A stretch of 63,606 bases of DNA, the filler included, from a bacterium (GTDB lineage Bacteria > JAMORN01), in the NCBI GenBank assembly GCA_027063545.1. It is 15 parts of 15 records of this genome, joined end to end, with 100 filler letters (N's around TTAATTAATTAA, not from the genome) between each part and the next. Parts side by side here need not be neighbours in the genome. Positions count along the whole stretch, not along the records: positions 8,896 to 13,211 come from JAMORN010000223.1; positions 13,312 to 17,622 come from JAMORN010000224.1; positions 17,723 to 22,031 come from JAMORN010000225.1; 12 more parts are not named here. One strand, 5' to 3'. A program made the position numbers and the translations under genes. The notes beneath the pieces are model-generated. The model ran no database searches and had not been told where the DNA came from. It saw nothing but the letters and a program-made list of their open reading frames with translations. Positions 9,709 to 19,224 of the stretch are shown one piece after another (the first letter of the stretch is position 1; every line of letters starts with the position of its first letter).

Positions 9709-11117
9709 TATTTTAAATAATATTCTAATCTTCTTATAATTTCATGTTTTCCTATCAAACTCATTAATGAAAAAATAGGCGGAGTAGTCTCTTTTCTTGT
9801 TAAAATCAAACGTAAATCTTTAGCTAAATCTTTTAATTTTATTCCTATATTATTAACAAAATTCCTAGTTAATTTTTCTAAAAATTTATCGTCTTTAAAT
9901 TCATCTTCAGATATTGTTTTTAATAAATTTTTATAATCTTCTAAAATATCCTCTGGTAATATACTCTCATATCTTTCATCTACTATAAAATCTGCTCTAA
10001 GATATCCAAAGTGTTCTACAAAATCATATAAATAACTAACTCTTACTTTTAACAATTCTATAAGAGTTAAAATCTTATTACGCTCTATATCACTTATATG
10101 CTCTTTAAATTCTCTTTCTATATAATAAAAAATCTTATTAGAATCTAAATTTCTAATATGCTTTTTATTAAGATAGTTCAATTTATTCCTATCAAATATA
10201 ACTGGTTTTCTTTTTATACCATCAATATCAAATTCTCTAATCAATTGCTCTATTGTAAAAAATCCATCACCACCTTTATTCCCTTTGGGAGCCCATCCCA
10301 TTAAAGAAACAAAATTAATAACAGCTTCTGGAATATATTTTTTCCTAAAATCATCTTCTATTGCAAACTTTGGATCTCTTTTAGAAAGCTTTTTCTTCTC
10401 ACTATTTAAAATCATTGGAATATGTACGAAAGTTGGATATTCCCATCCAAAAGCTTCATATAGTAATATTTGTTTAGGTGTATTTGAAATATGATCCTCA
10501 CCTCTAATAATATGAGTTATTCCCATTAGATGATCATCAATAACAGCTGTGAAGTTATATAAAAAAGATCCATCAGATCGTGTTAATGCAAAATCATCTA
10601 GTTCTTCTATGGAAAAGTTTATTCTACCATATACTAAATCATTAAACTCTATATCTTCTCTGTTTTCTGAAAGTTTAAATCTAAATATATGAGGTTCCCC
10701 ATTATTTATTCTTTTAATAGCCTCTTCCTTTGGTATATTTCTACAATAGCCCGGATATTTATAGGAAATGCCTTTCTTTAAAGCTTCTTCTCTTTCTTTT
10801 TTTAACTTTTCTTGAGAACAAAAGCAAGGGTATATTTTATTTTCTTCCCATAGTTTTATTAAATATTGTTTATATATATCAAATCTAGAACTTTGAAAAT
10901 ATATTTGATCAAAATTGATATTTAAATATTCAAAAAACTCTAATATGACATCTATATATTCTTTTTTTACCCTACTATTATCTGTATCCTCAATTCTTAA
11001 AATTAATTTTCCCTGATTTTTCTTAGTAAATAAATAGTTAAATATAGCTGTTCTTAAACTACCAAAATGAAGCTTTCCAGTAGGAGAAGGTGCAAATCTT
11101 ACAGTTATCATGAACAA
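9708..11117 (-). CDS. gltX: Glutamate--tRNA ligase
   Basis: RFAPSPTG, HIGH-like HFGS, RIEDTD, RGEDH, KLSKR. The true start may be ATG at 11111. Confidence 0.95.
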   Translation of the reverse strand: MFMITVRFAPSPTGKLHFGSLRTAIFNYLFTKKNQGKLILRIEDTDNSRVKKEYIDVILEFFEYLNINFDQIYFQSSRFDIYKQYLIKLWEENKIYPCFCSQEKLKKEREEALKKGISYKYPGYCRNIPKEEAIKRINNGEPHIFRFKLSENREDIEFNDLVYGRINFSIEELDDFALTRSDGSFLYNFTAVIDDHLMGITHIIRGEDHISNTPKQILLYEAFGWEYPTFVHIPMILNSEKKKLSKRDPKFAIEDDFRKKYIPEAVINFVSLMGWAPKGNKGGDGFFTIEQLIREFDIDGIKRKPVIFDRNKLNYLNKKHIRNLDSNKIFYYIEREFKEHISDIERNKILTLIELLKVRVSYLYDFVEHFGYLRADFIVDERYESILPEDILEDYKNLLKTISEDEFKDDKFLEKLTRNFVNNIGIKLKDLAKDLRLILTRKETTPPIFSLMSLIGKHEIIRRLEYYLK

Positions 11118-11151
11118 AAAATAATATTTTTATATAAATAAATCTAATCAA

Positions 11152-11184
11152 TCCCCGGATATTCTTAAATAGAATATCCGGGGA
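11152..11184. terminator. GC-rich hairpin after the hypothetical lipoprotein, probable terminator
   Basis: Perfect 14-bp inverted repeat TCCCCGGATATTCT / AGAATATCCGGGGA with a 5-nt loop, 7 nt past the stop at 11192. Confidence 0.7.
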
Positions 11185-11191
11185 AGGTTTT

Positions 11192-11422
11192 TTAATTTAG
11201 ATTACAACTTTCAATTTCTGCTTCTATCTTAATATTATCCTTAGAAAATGTTATTTTTAATTTATCTTCTGGATAATCTACACCTTCAAGTTCTGCTACT
11301 ATTATTACATCTGTAGTTCCATCATAATATGCTTCATTTCTATATGAATCCCCTGGATAAACTTTATCGCCTATTGTAACCTGAATTACTTTAAAATTAT
11401 TTTCTTCTATTCTTTCTAACAC
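11192..11422 (-). CDS. Hypothetical protein, probably the frameshifted C-terminal part of 11416..12141
   Basis: Its frame is open a few codons upstream into the previous ORF (WIWRDVLERIEE); similar acidic composition. Confidence 0.5.
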   Translation of the reverse strand: MLERIEENNFKVIQVTIGDKVYPGDSYRNEAYYDGTTDVIIVAELEGVDYPEDKLKITFSKDNIKIEAEIESCNLN

Positions 11423-12141
11423 ATCTCTCCAAATCCACCTCTTTGATCATCCCATGTTTTTAATTTATATGTAGCAATCCATTTGTGAGAACCTTCTAAA
11501 TTATCAAATTTTTCCAATGTTCCTACAAAATTATCATCTGGATAAAGTATCCAGTCTATTGTATGTAAAAAAGCATTAACACTATTATCTATATTAGGAT
11601 ATCTCACAAAAACAGGACTTAATGAATCTGATTTTCTTGAATCATCAGGGTCATCTACATATGTAATAGCAAATACTATTGTATCATGTCCTAAGCCATC
11701 TTTAATATAAACAGATAAAGAAGAATAATCTTTTCCTAATAAGGCCCCTAATGTAGATGCATCTGCTAATGTTAAAAAACCTTGTACACCAATATCATTA
11801 GAATATCCTTTCTCTTTTAATTTTTCCATTAACTGATTGAATTTATCCTCTGTCAACATATCATAGTAATTTGTTCCTGTTACTATATACCATTCATCAT
11901 GATAATACCCATCTTTTTTTTGAACAAAACTTGATATCTTTGTTGGCTGAAAAACTTCTTCTACTATATTATTAAAAATTAAATTTTGTGTAGAGGAATT
12001 ACTTTGGTCATCAGAAGTTGAATTTGAATTTTCTGTATCATTTGAGTTTAAAGAAGAATCATTAGTTTTAAAAGTACAATTTGACATTAAACCTATTGAA
12101 ATAAATAAAATTAAAAAAATATAAAATATTCGGTTCGCCAT
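11416..12141 (-). CDS. Hypothetical lipoprotein
   Basis: Signal peptide ending ...GLMSNC (Cys22), Ser/Asn-rich tether, AAGGAGG RBS. Confidence 0.7.
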   Translation of the reverse strand: MANRIFYIFLILFISIGLMSNCTFKTNDSSLNSNDTENSNSTSDDQSNSSTQNLIFNNIVEEVFQPTKISSFVQKKDGYYHDEWYIVTGTNYYDMLTEDKFNQLMEKLKEKGYSNDIGVQGFLTLADASTLGALLGKDYSSLSVYIKDGLGHDTIVFAITYVDDPDDSRKSDSLSPVFVRYPNIDNSVNAFLHTIDWILYPDDNFVGTLEKFDNLEGSHKWIATYKLKTWDDQRGGFGEMC

Positions 12142-12240
12142 ATTATACCTCCTTGTTTTATAAATTAGTAACTATAATTACAAAAATTGTTTTTTTTAAT
12201 TTACAAAAATTTCAGATTTTTTGTCAAGACTAAAAAAGAA

Positions 12241-12270
12241 TTTTTTGTATTCAATTCGAAATACAAAAAA
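12241..12270 (-). terminator. Possible terminator downstream of tRNA-Ser
   Basis: Inverted repeat TTTTTTGTATT / AATACAAAAAA; AT-rich and weak. Confidence 0.35.
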
Positions 12271-12298
12271 TCATATTAATATTAAAAAATCAATAGAA

Positions 12299-12391
12299 CG
12301 GAGAGGGCGGGATTCGAACCCGCGGTACGGGCTTTTAACCCGTACAACGCCTTAGCAGGGCGCCGCCTTCAGCCAGCTCGGCCACCTCTCC
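12299..12391 (-). tRNA. tRNA-Ser(GCT)
   Basis: Reverse complement GGAGAGGTGGCCGAGCTGGCTGAAGGC-GGCGCC CT GCT AA GGCGT-long variable arm-GGGTTCGAATCCCGCCCTCTCCG; CCA not encoded. Confidence 0.96.
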
Positions 12392-12537
12392 TTTTGTATT
12401 ATCTTCTAGGATTAAAAAATAATATTTTTTTCCTTTGTTAACAAATTTTATTAGTTGATGTTAAATCTTAATAAATCCCCTTATATTTTTTATGTCCCCT
12501 CCATAATCCTTCTTCATTCTTTAATAAACTTACTTTA

Positions 12538-13211
12538 CTATTTTAACAATACCATTCTTTTTATTATATTAAAGCCATTACCAGCAAACTTTATAAAATA
12601 TACCCCACTTGATAATCCCTTTGCATTGAATTTATATTTATAAACTCCTGATTTTAATACTTTGTCATTTACTAACTCTTTTACCAATTTACCATTTATA
12701 TCATAAATTCCTAAATGAATTTTTGCATCTCTAGGTATATAAATTTCTATAGTTGTAATAGGATTAAATGGATTTGGATAATTTTTTACATATAATTTGC
12801 CTTTACCTAACCTTACTCTTTTTACTCCTGTCATGATTTTATCAGGCTCTACAACAATAAAATTAGCACTATATTTTTTTATAGGAACTACAATATCTCC
12901 AGATCCTATTTCTATTTCATAAGGAGGTATACTATCATAATCTCTAGGTCCATATAATTCTCCATTAGGAGAAGTTAGGCCATTTATATAGATTTTTCTA
13001 GACTTTAAAGAATCATAATAAACTTCGTACATATAAAGTTTTGTCCCTGGATTAAAATTAGTAAAATCAAGTTTTACATTTTTATCAACACCATCTTCAT
13101 TTACTATTACTAAAGATAAATACCCATTTGAAAATCTACTTGCATAAGTAAATACCTTACTATCTGATGAACTACTAGAAACCATCACATCTCCAAAGGT
13201 TTGCCTATAGT
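12538..13211 (-). CDS. Secreted protein C-terminus: glycoside-hydrolase-like beta-sandwich plus T9SS/FlgD-type C-terminal sorting domain (5'-truncated)
   Basis: NYPNPFNPITTIEIYIP..IYDINGKLVKEL..LSSGVYF..KRMVLLK C-terminal domain; upstream VFTYASRFSNGYLSLVIVN resembles GH C-terminal domains. Confidence 0.8.
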
Positions 13212-13311
13212 NNNNNNNNNNNNNNNNNNNNNNNNNNNNNNNNNNNNNNNNNNNNTTAATTAATTAANNNNNNNNNNNNNNNNNNNNNNNNNNNNNNNNN
13301 NNNNNNNNNNN

Positions 13312-13360
13312 CACCTGCAAATTTACTATGATAGTGTAATTGAATAATTATCCCTTTCAT
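13312..13360 (-). CDS. N-terminal stub of the next operon gene (possible PHP-domain HxHS start)
   Basis: ATGA overlap with the previous stop; MKGIIIQLHYHSKFAG, cut by spacer. Confidence 0.35.
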
Positions 13361-14058
13361 ATAAAATTCTCTTTTTTCAATTTTATTATAAAGTCCTTAG
13401 AATTTAAATAATTTTCTATATTCTCAAATGATATATTCTTTGCTTCTATTTGTTTTTTCACACTCTCAAGCATTTGAATAATTTCAGACAATTTTTCCAC
13501 AGTTTGTCCTATTTGTTCTATTTTTTTATCTTTTTGTTCAATATTCTTTATAGATTTAGCTATTGTAATATAATTTTTTATAGTAAAAAGAGGGGAATTA
13601 ACGTAATGATGAATAGAATTAACAAAAGCATTTAATAGTAGTAAGTAATTCTTTTTTTCTTTTTTTTCCTGAGTAAATAATGAAAGTAATTGAAATTTCT
13701 TTTTTAAACTTTCTTCAATTAAATTAAATATATCATTGACTAATTCATCAGATATATTATTATTATATGCAATTCCTATAACTCCTACAATATCTTTAAT
13801 TATTACTACTTTATACTTATAAATTTCATTTTTTCTAACAATTTCTAAATCTTTTTTTAAAGATATAACATACCCAAGAATTCCATTATAACTTTCAGAA
13901 AAACTCAAATTATCTTTAGATAGATTAACATCTATACCCTTTTTGATATTTAATATTAGTTTATCATTAGAATCATATAAGGATATTTCAAGTCCTAAAA
14001 TATTAAAATACTTAAATAAAAAATCTATTAATATTTTTATATCTTTATTCATAACCAA
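13357..14058 (-). CDS. GAF-like + HisKA/DHp-like protein without a HATPase domain
   Basis: H-box-like SIHHYVNSPLFTI followed only by helices; no N/G1/G2 boxes. Confidence 0.5.
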   Translation of the reverse strand: MVMNKDIKILIDFLFKYFNILGLEISLYDSNDKLILNIKKGIDVNLSKDNLSFSESYNGILGYVISLKKDLEIVRKNEIYKYKVVIIKDIVGVIGIAYNNNISDELVNDIFNLIEESLKKKFQLLSLFTQEKKEKKNYLLLLNAFVNSIHHYVNSPLFTIKNYITIAKSIKNIEQKDKKIEQIGQTVEKLSEIIQMLESVKKQIEAKNISFENIENYLNSKDFIIKLKKENFI

Positions 14059-14063
14059 TTTAT

Positions 14064-14429
14064 TTATAATATTTCTTTTAATGCATCTTCTATACTATCA
14101 TGGATATCTAATACTGTAGAAGCTCCGATAATACTTATTATATCATATATATTATCATTAACATTAATTAGAGCAAAATTTTTTTGTTGTTCTTTTACAA
14201 AATTATTAAAATGAAGTAGTACTCCTATTCCTGTAGAATTTAAATAACTTAAATTTTCAAAATCAGCAATAATAATATCTTGTTCTTTATAATCTTCATT
14301 TACCATTTTTTCCAATAATTCTAAAACGTCAGTAGCATTGGTTGTATCTAACTCTCCATTAAATTTTATAATTAATACTTTATTATTCTTTTCATAAATC
14401 TCTGGTGTGATTTCAATGTTTGATAACAT
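14064..14429 (-). CDS. STAS-domain anti-sigma-factor antagonist (RsbV/SpoIIAA-like)
   Basis: GELDTTNA, DFENLSYLNSTGIGVL with the phospho-acceptor Ser. Confidence 0.9.
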   Translation of the reverse strand: MLSNIEITPEIYEKNNKVLIIKFNGELDTTNATDVLELLEKMVNEDYKEQDIIIADFENLSYLNSTGIGVLLHFNNFVKEQQKNFALINVNDNIYDIISIIGASTVLDIHDSIEDALKEIL

Positions 14430-14431
14430 TT

Positions 14432-15244
14432 TTATCCTCCTTCTTTTTCTTTATATTTAACAACCCTAATAATAGTTCTATCTTCTAAAGTTTTTACATT
14501 AATTTTATCGGATAACATTTTTACAATAGTTAATCCTCTTCCTCTTATACTGTTAGAGTTTATGTTTAATAGTTGTTCGGGAGAAGCGTTTTTTATATAT
14601 TCTTGTATAGTTTTAGCTTCTTTTATAGTAGTAATTTTATTATGAACAAAAAATTCTATTTTTTTAGAAGATAATAAAAGAGTAAGTCTTATGGTATCCT
14701 CATATGTGTTATCCCAATTTCCATGTTCTACAGCATTTGTACACAATTCATCTGCTATTGTTTTTATTCTATTTATAGTTTTTTGATCAAATTGTTTTAT
14801 TTTAGCAATATTCCCAATAAAATTTCTTATAGCAGGAATAAATTTTAAATGAGGAGAAAATTTTAATTTTATTTTTTCAGCTATTAAGGGATTTTCCCAT
14901 TTAATTTTTTGAACACACTCTTCTATAGAAGTACAGATGCTAATTATTTTATATAATCCTATTTTTATGAGTTTAGATTTTAGATGAGAGTTATCTTTAA
15001 CTAGAATAATTAAAGTACTATCTATATCAATTATTTGACTTTTTAGGATTAAAAGATATCCCAATACTTCTTCAGATACATCTTCTATGTTTCTAAAATC
15101 TAAAATTATATTTCTATTTGATACCTCCAATAGTGGTAAAAAAATATACTCTAATTCTTTCTTTTTTTTAATGAATGTAGTTTCGTAAATTTTTACTATA
15201 TATATATGTTTTGAGTTGCTATGTTCTATAATTTCATATTTCAT
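14432..15244 (-). CDS. STAS + RsbW-like HATPase fusion
   Basis: N-terminal STAS-like IILDFRNIEDVSEEVLGYL; C-terminal DELCTNAVEHG ... RGRGLTIVKMLSD. Confidence 0.8.
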   Translation of the reverse strand: MKYEIIEHSNSKHIYIVKIYETTFIKKKKELEYIFLPLLEVSNRNIILDFRNIEDVSEEVLGYLLILKSQIIDIDSTLIILVKDNSHLKSKLIKIGLYKIISICTSIEECVQKIKWENPLIAEKIKLKFSPHLKFIPAIRNFIGNIAKIKQFDQKTINRIKTIADELCTNAVEHGNWDNTYEDTIRLTLLLSSKKIEFFVHNKITTIKEAKTIQEYIKNASPEQLLNINSNSIRGRGLTIVKMLSDKINVKTLEDRTIIRVVKYKEKEGG

Positions 15245-15246
15245 AT

Positions 15247-15717
15247 CTATGACTCTTTTTTATTATTTTTATCTTTATATTTAACAACATGAATAGTTGT
15301 ATCTCCAAATTCATTTATTTTTACCTCTATTTCATCAGATATGAGTTTTACTAAAAATAATCCTTTACCTTCATTTTTTACTTTGTCTACTTTTTTATTT
15401 AATCTATCAATAATAGTTAATAGTCTTTCTTTATGTATCTTATTATTTCCTTTGTCTTCAATATTTATCATATATAATCTTTCATTAAATTCCATTTTTA
15501 TATTTATATAAGCACTCATTTTATTGGAACCATATATAATTGCATTTGTGTCTAACTCATCAACAACAACTTCAGCATGAAAGCTTTCTTTTTCTTCATA
15601 TCCAAATGCTTGTAGTATTTCTTTAAATAACTCTCTAATAGGAGGTACATATTTTAATATAGGTGGATGTGTTATTTCTATGGAAAGTAAATTTTTATCT
15701 CCTTTATCATCCATCAT
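15247..15717 (-). CDS. RsbW/SpoIIAB-like anti-sigma factor Ser kinase
   Basis: DELDTNAIIYG, IEDKG, EGKGLFLVKLISD. Confidence 0.85.
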   Translation of the reverse strand: MMDDKGDKNLLSIEITHPPILKYVPPIRELFKEILQAFGYEEKESFHAEVVVDELDTNAIIYGSNKMSAYINIKMEFNERLYMINIEDKGNNKIHKERLLTIIDRLNKKVDKVKNEGKGLFLVKLISDEIEVKINEFGDTTIHVVKYKDKNNKKES

Positions 15718-17622
15718 TAACTTTCCTTTTTATAATTACTAGCGTAATATCATCATGTTGAGGGAATCCTTTGCTGAAGTTTTTTATTTCTTCTATAATA
15801 TAATTTTTTAATTTGTTTATATCAGGATTATTATTGCACTCTTTAATCTTTCTAAAAAATACATCTTGTAAGTTTTCTAAACCAAAGAATTCTTCTTTAT
15901 TGGTTTCTGGATTAAGACCTTTTGCTTCAGTAACTCCATCAGTATAAAGTAACATTATATCACCCTCATTTAATTCTATAGTAGTTTCCTTAACTTTTTG
16001 GGCATATAATTCATTGACTGGTAAAATTCCAAAAGCAATACCTCTTTCTTTAACAATGTCAATTCTATTACTTTTATGTCTATAAATTAAAATTTTTTCA
16101 TGTCCACAATCAGTATAATAGAATTTTTTTTCCTTAGGATCCCATAATAAATATAGAAATGTAATAAATTTTCCTAGGTCTAAATACTGACTTATTAAGT
16201 TATTCAGATTTATAACAAATTCTTTAGGTTTATAAGTTTTATATATAATAGCATGAATAAGTGTACGTAAAATTAACATTAAGATTCCTGCCACAAGTCC
16301 TTTTCCAGAAATATCACCAATCATAAATGCTATTTTTTCATCTTCAAGTTTTATTATATCATAATAATCTCCTCCAATTTCTTGAGCAGGAATACTAATG
16401 CCAACAAATTCTAGCTCATCACTTTTAGGAATTTTATTAATATCAGGTAAAGCTCTAAGTTGTATTTGTCTAGCAATATCCATTTCTCTTTTTATAGCTT
16501 CTGATCTAGCATATTCTTTAGATAAGTTAATAGAAGAAATAAAGTTGTCTATAATAAGAGATATTAAAGAGGCTAAGTGTACATAATCATCAATTTTTAT
16601 TATATCATTTTTATTATTTTCCAAAACAATAAAACCAAACATTTGGTTGTTATTATATAGAGGAATAATCATTATATTTTTTATATATGAAGATATATCC
16701 ATATGTTTGTGTAAAAAATGTTTTATTGGAGAGGATATATATAATATTTCTCCTGCTTCTTCTATAGTTTTTATAAAGATATCATCACTACTAAAATATT
16801 TATTCTCAGCCATGCTTTTAAGTTGATTTCTTGGAAGACTATTTATATATACATCGTCAAAATCTAAAGGTATATATCCCCCTTCTGTAATTTTAAGAAC
16901 AAATATTTTTTTATCTTCCTTTTTGCTATTTAAATATATAGCTCCTCCTTGCCATTTTAGTTCTGTTATTATGATAGTTAAAATTCTTCTTAATATAGGT
17001 ATAAAAGCTTTATTAAAGGAGGTTAAGTTAGTTGAATGAAACTCTTTTGTCACAGTTACAAGTTTTAAAAATACCTCTATTATTTTTATTCTTTGGGTAA
17101 GTAAGATATTAGTTTTTTTATATTCTTCTATAGTCCTTTTAAGATCCTTCAGAAATAGGGTAGCAAATAAAATAGAGGTTATTATATTGGTAACATTTAT
17201 CATATTTTTATGAATAGTAAAAAGGAAGTAGTTATGAAGAATGATTGTAATGGTTAAAAAAAACAGAGTTTCTCGGTATTTTTTGTCATTAATTAGAAAG
17301 AGGTTTAGTCCTAAAAGAGCAATACTATTAAAAAAAATAGAAATATTTATAAATGTATCATATTTTAATAAGTCAAGTAGTAAAAAACTTAGTCCATTAA
17401 ATATGAAAATAAAAATTGGATATAAAAAGTATTTTTTATTAAGTTTTTTGATGTATTTTATAAATGAGAATAGTAAAAAGAAAGAAATAGAAAAATCTAC
17501 AATACTATAGTAAATAATTTTTAGAAAACTTCCATGAAAAAAAAGGTATTTATTAATTAGATAGACTATCCATAAAAAAGAAAAAAAATAGTAAAATAAC
17601 TTCTTTCGTTTATTTGTTTCTG
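15707..17622 (-). CDS. Membrane-bound GAF + PP2C (SpoIIE/RsbU-like) phosphatase, 5'-truncated
   Basis: IARQIQ, IGGDYYD, IGDISGKG, YTDGVTE, DDIT. I read the frame upstream of 17203 codon by codon: it is open to the contig edge and encodes several hydrophobic segments. Confidence 0.9.
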
Positions 17623-17722
17623 NNNNNNNNNNNNNNNNNNNNNNNNNNNNNNNNNNNNNNNNNNNNTTAATTAATTAANNNNNNNNNNNNNNNNNNNNNN
17701 NNNNNNNNNNNNNNNNNNNNNN

Positions 17723-18332
17723 ATTAATAGAAGAAAATATAAAATTATTAGGGGGAGATATTACATTAAGTCAAAAAATATTTTTCTCAGCAACTCTTAT
17801 AGGTAGATTGCTTACATCAGAGTCTATTTTAAGATATAAAGCAAATATAGGAGATGTAGTTTTTATAACAGGATATACAGGAATTTCTGCTTTAGGATTA
17901 TGGGCCTTAAAAAATAATGTAAAAATAGATAATAGAGTTTTAAATATTCATAAACGGGCAACTCACAGAAGAGATTTATTAGAAATAATTTCCAAAATAG
18001 ATATAACTTCAATGACAGATATATCTGATTCTTTATATATAGCATTAAAGTTGTTAATAGATGAAAATAAAGATATCGTAATTGATACTCTTCCAATAGC
18101 AGATGAGTTTGACTTTTTGAGTGATATGAGTATGATAGAAGATTTTATATTATATGGAGGAGAAGATTTTGAACTTGTTTTTACGGCACCTAAAAGTGAA
18201 GAAAGCAATATAATAGACTTATTTAAAAAATATAAAAAGAATATTTTTAAAATAGGATATGTGAAGGAAGGTAGGAGAAGAATTATATATAAAGACAAAA
18301 TATTAAAAGATAAAGGATTTAGACATTTTTAA
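17723..18332 (+). CDS. thiL: Thiamine-monophosphate kinase (5'-truncated)
   Basis: LLGGDI, GDVVFITG..G, MTDISDSL, GGEDFELVFT, GFRHF end. Confidence 0.9.
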
Positions 18333-18377
18333 TTTTTATTTAAAAAATTTATTTTTTATAAATAATATAAAAAATAA

Positions 18378-18449
18378 GCGGGCGTAGCTCAGTGGTAGAG
18401 CATCTGCTTCCCAAGCAGATGGTCGCGGGTTCAAGTCCCGTCGCCCGCT
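18378..18449 (+). tRNA. tRNA-Gly(CCC)
   Basis: GCGGGCGTAGCTCAGTGGTAGAGCA-TCTGC TT CCC AA GCAGA-TGGTCGCGGGTTCAAGTCCCGTCGCCCGCT; CCA not encoded. Confidence 0.96.
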
Positions 18450-18477
18450 TTTGTTTTAAGATTTATAAGGTTTAGAT

Positions 18478-19224
18478 ATGTCCAATATAAAATTAACTCT
18501 TTCTTTTATTGGAACTAATTTTTCAGGTTGGCAATATCAGCCCAATTATAGAACAGTAGAGGGGGAAATAAGAAAAGTACTTGATAGATTATATAAAAAC
18601 TATTGTATAGCTGGTTGCTCAAGAACTGATAGAGGTGTTCATGCTCGAGAGTATATTGCTAATTTTAAAGTAAAGGAAAACAGAATCCCTTTGAATAAAT
18701 TAAAGGATATTTTAAACAATTCTCTACCTGATGATATTAGTATCCTAAATGTAGAAGAAGCAAATGAGACTTTTCATTCTACTAAGGATAGTAAAGAAAA
18801 AGTTTATATTTATAGAATAACTTCAGAAAAAAATCCTTTTTTAGTTAATGTTTTATATTATCCAAAGTTTAATAAAATTAATATAGATTATCTTAAAGAA
18901 GCTATTTCTTATTTTATAGGCGAGTATGATTTTTATACATTTTCTAAAAAAGATGAGCATAGAGATAATAATGAGAATTATAGTTATATATGTAAAATAA
19001 CAGAAGCAGATATTACTCTAAATAAAAATATTTTAGAAATAAAATTTAGAGGTAATAGATTTTTATATAATATGGTTAGAAAAATGGTTGGAACATTAAT
19101 TTATATAGGAGAAAATAAATTATCACCAGATTATATAAAATATGCTCTAAAGAAAAGAGATAGATCTTCATCTAAACAAACATTTCCAGCAAGGGGGCTA
19201 ACATTAGAAAAAGTAATATATTAA
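18478..19224 (+). CDS. truA: tRNA pseudouridine(38-40) synthase
   Basis: GTNFSGWQ, SRTDRGVHA, FLYNMVRKMVG, PARGLTL. Confidence 0.95.
   Translation: MSNIKLTLSFIGTNFSGWQYQPNYRTVEGEIRKVLDRLYKNYCIAGCSRTDRGVHAREYIANFKVKENRIPLNKLKDILNNSLPDDISILNVEEANETFHSTKDSKEKVYIYRITSEKNPFLVNVLYYPKFNKINIDYLKEAISYFIGEYDFYTFSKKDEHRDNNENYSYICKITEADITLNKNILEIKFRGNRFLYNMVRKMVGTLIYIGENKLSPDYIKYALKKRDRSSSKQTFPARGLTLEKVIY

Noticed and set aside
12455-12643. Plus-strand 62-aa ORF, and an 18-codon minus-strand sORF (MKKDYGG...) with an SD-like GGAGGGGAC
   Set aside because: The first is antisense to the sorting-domain gene; the second has no RBS before its ATG and no other support.
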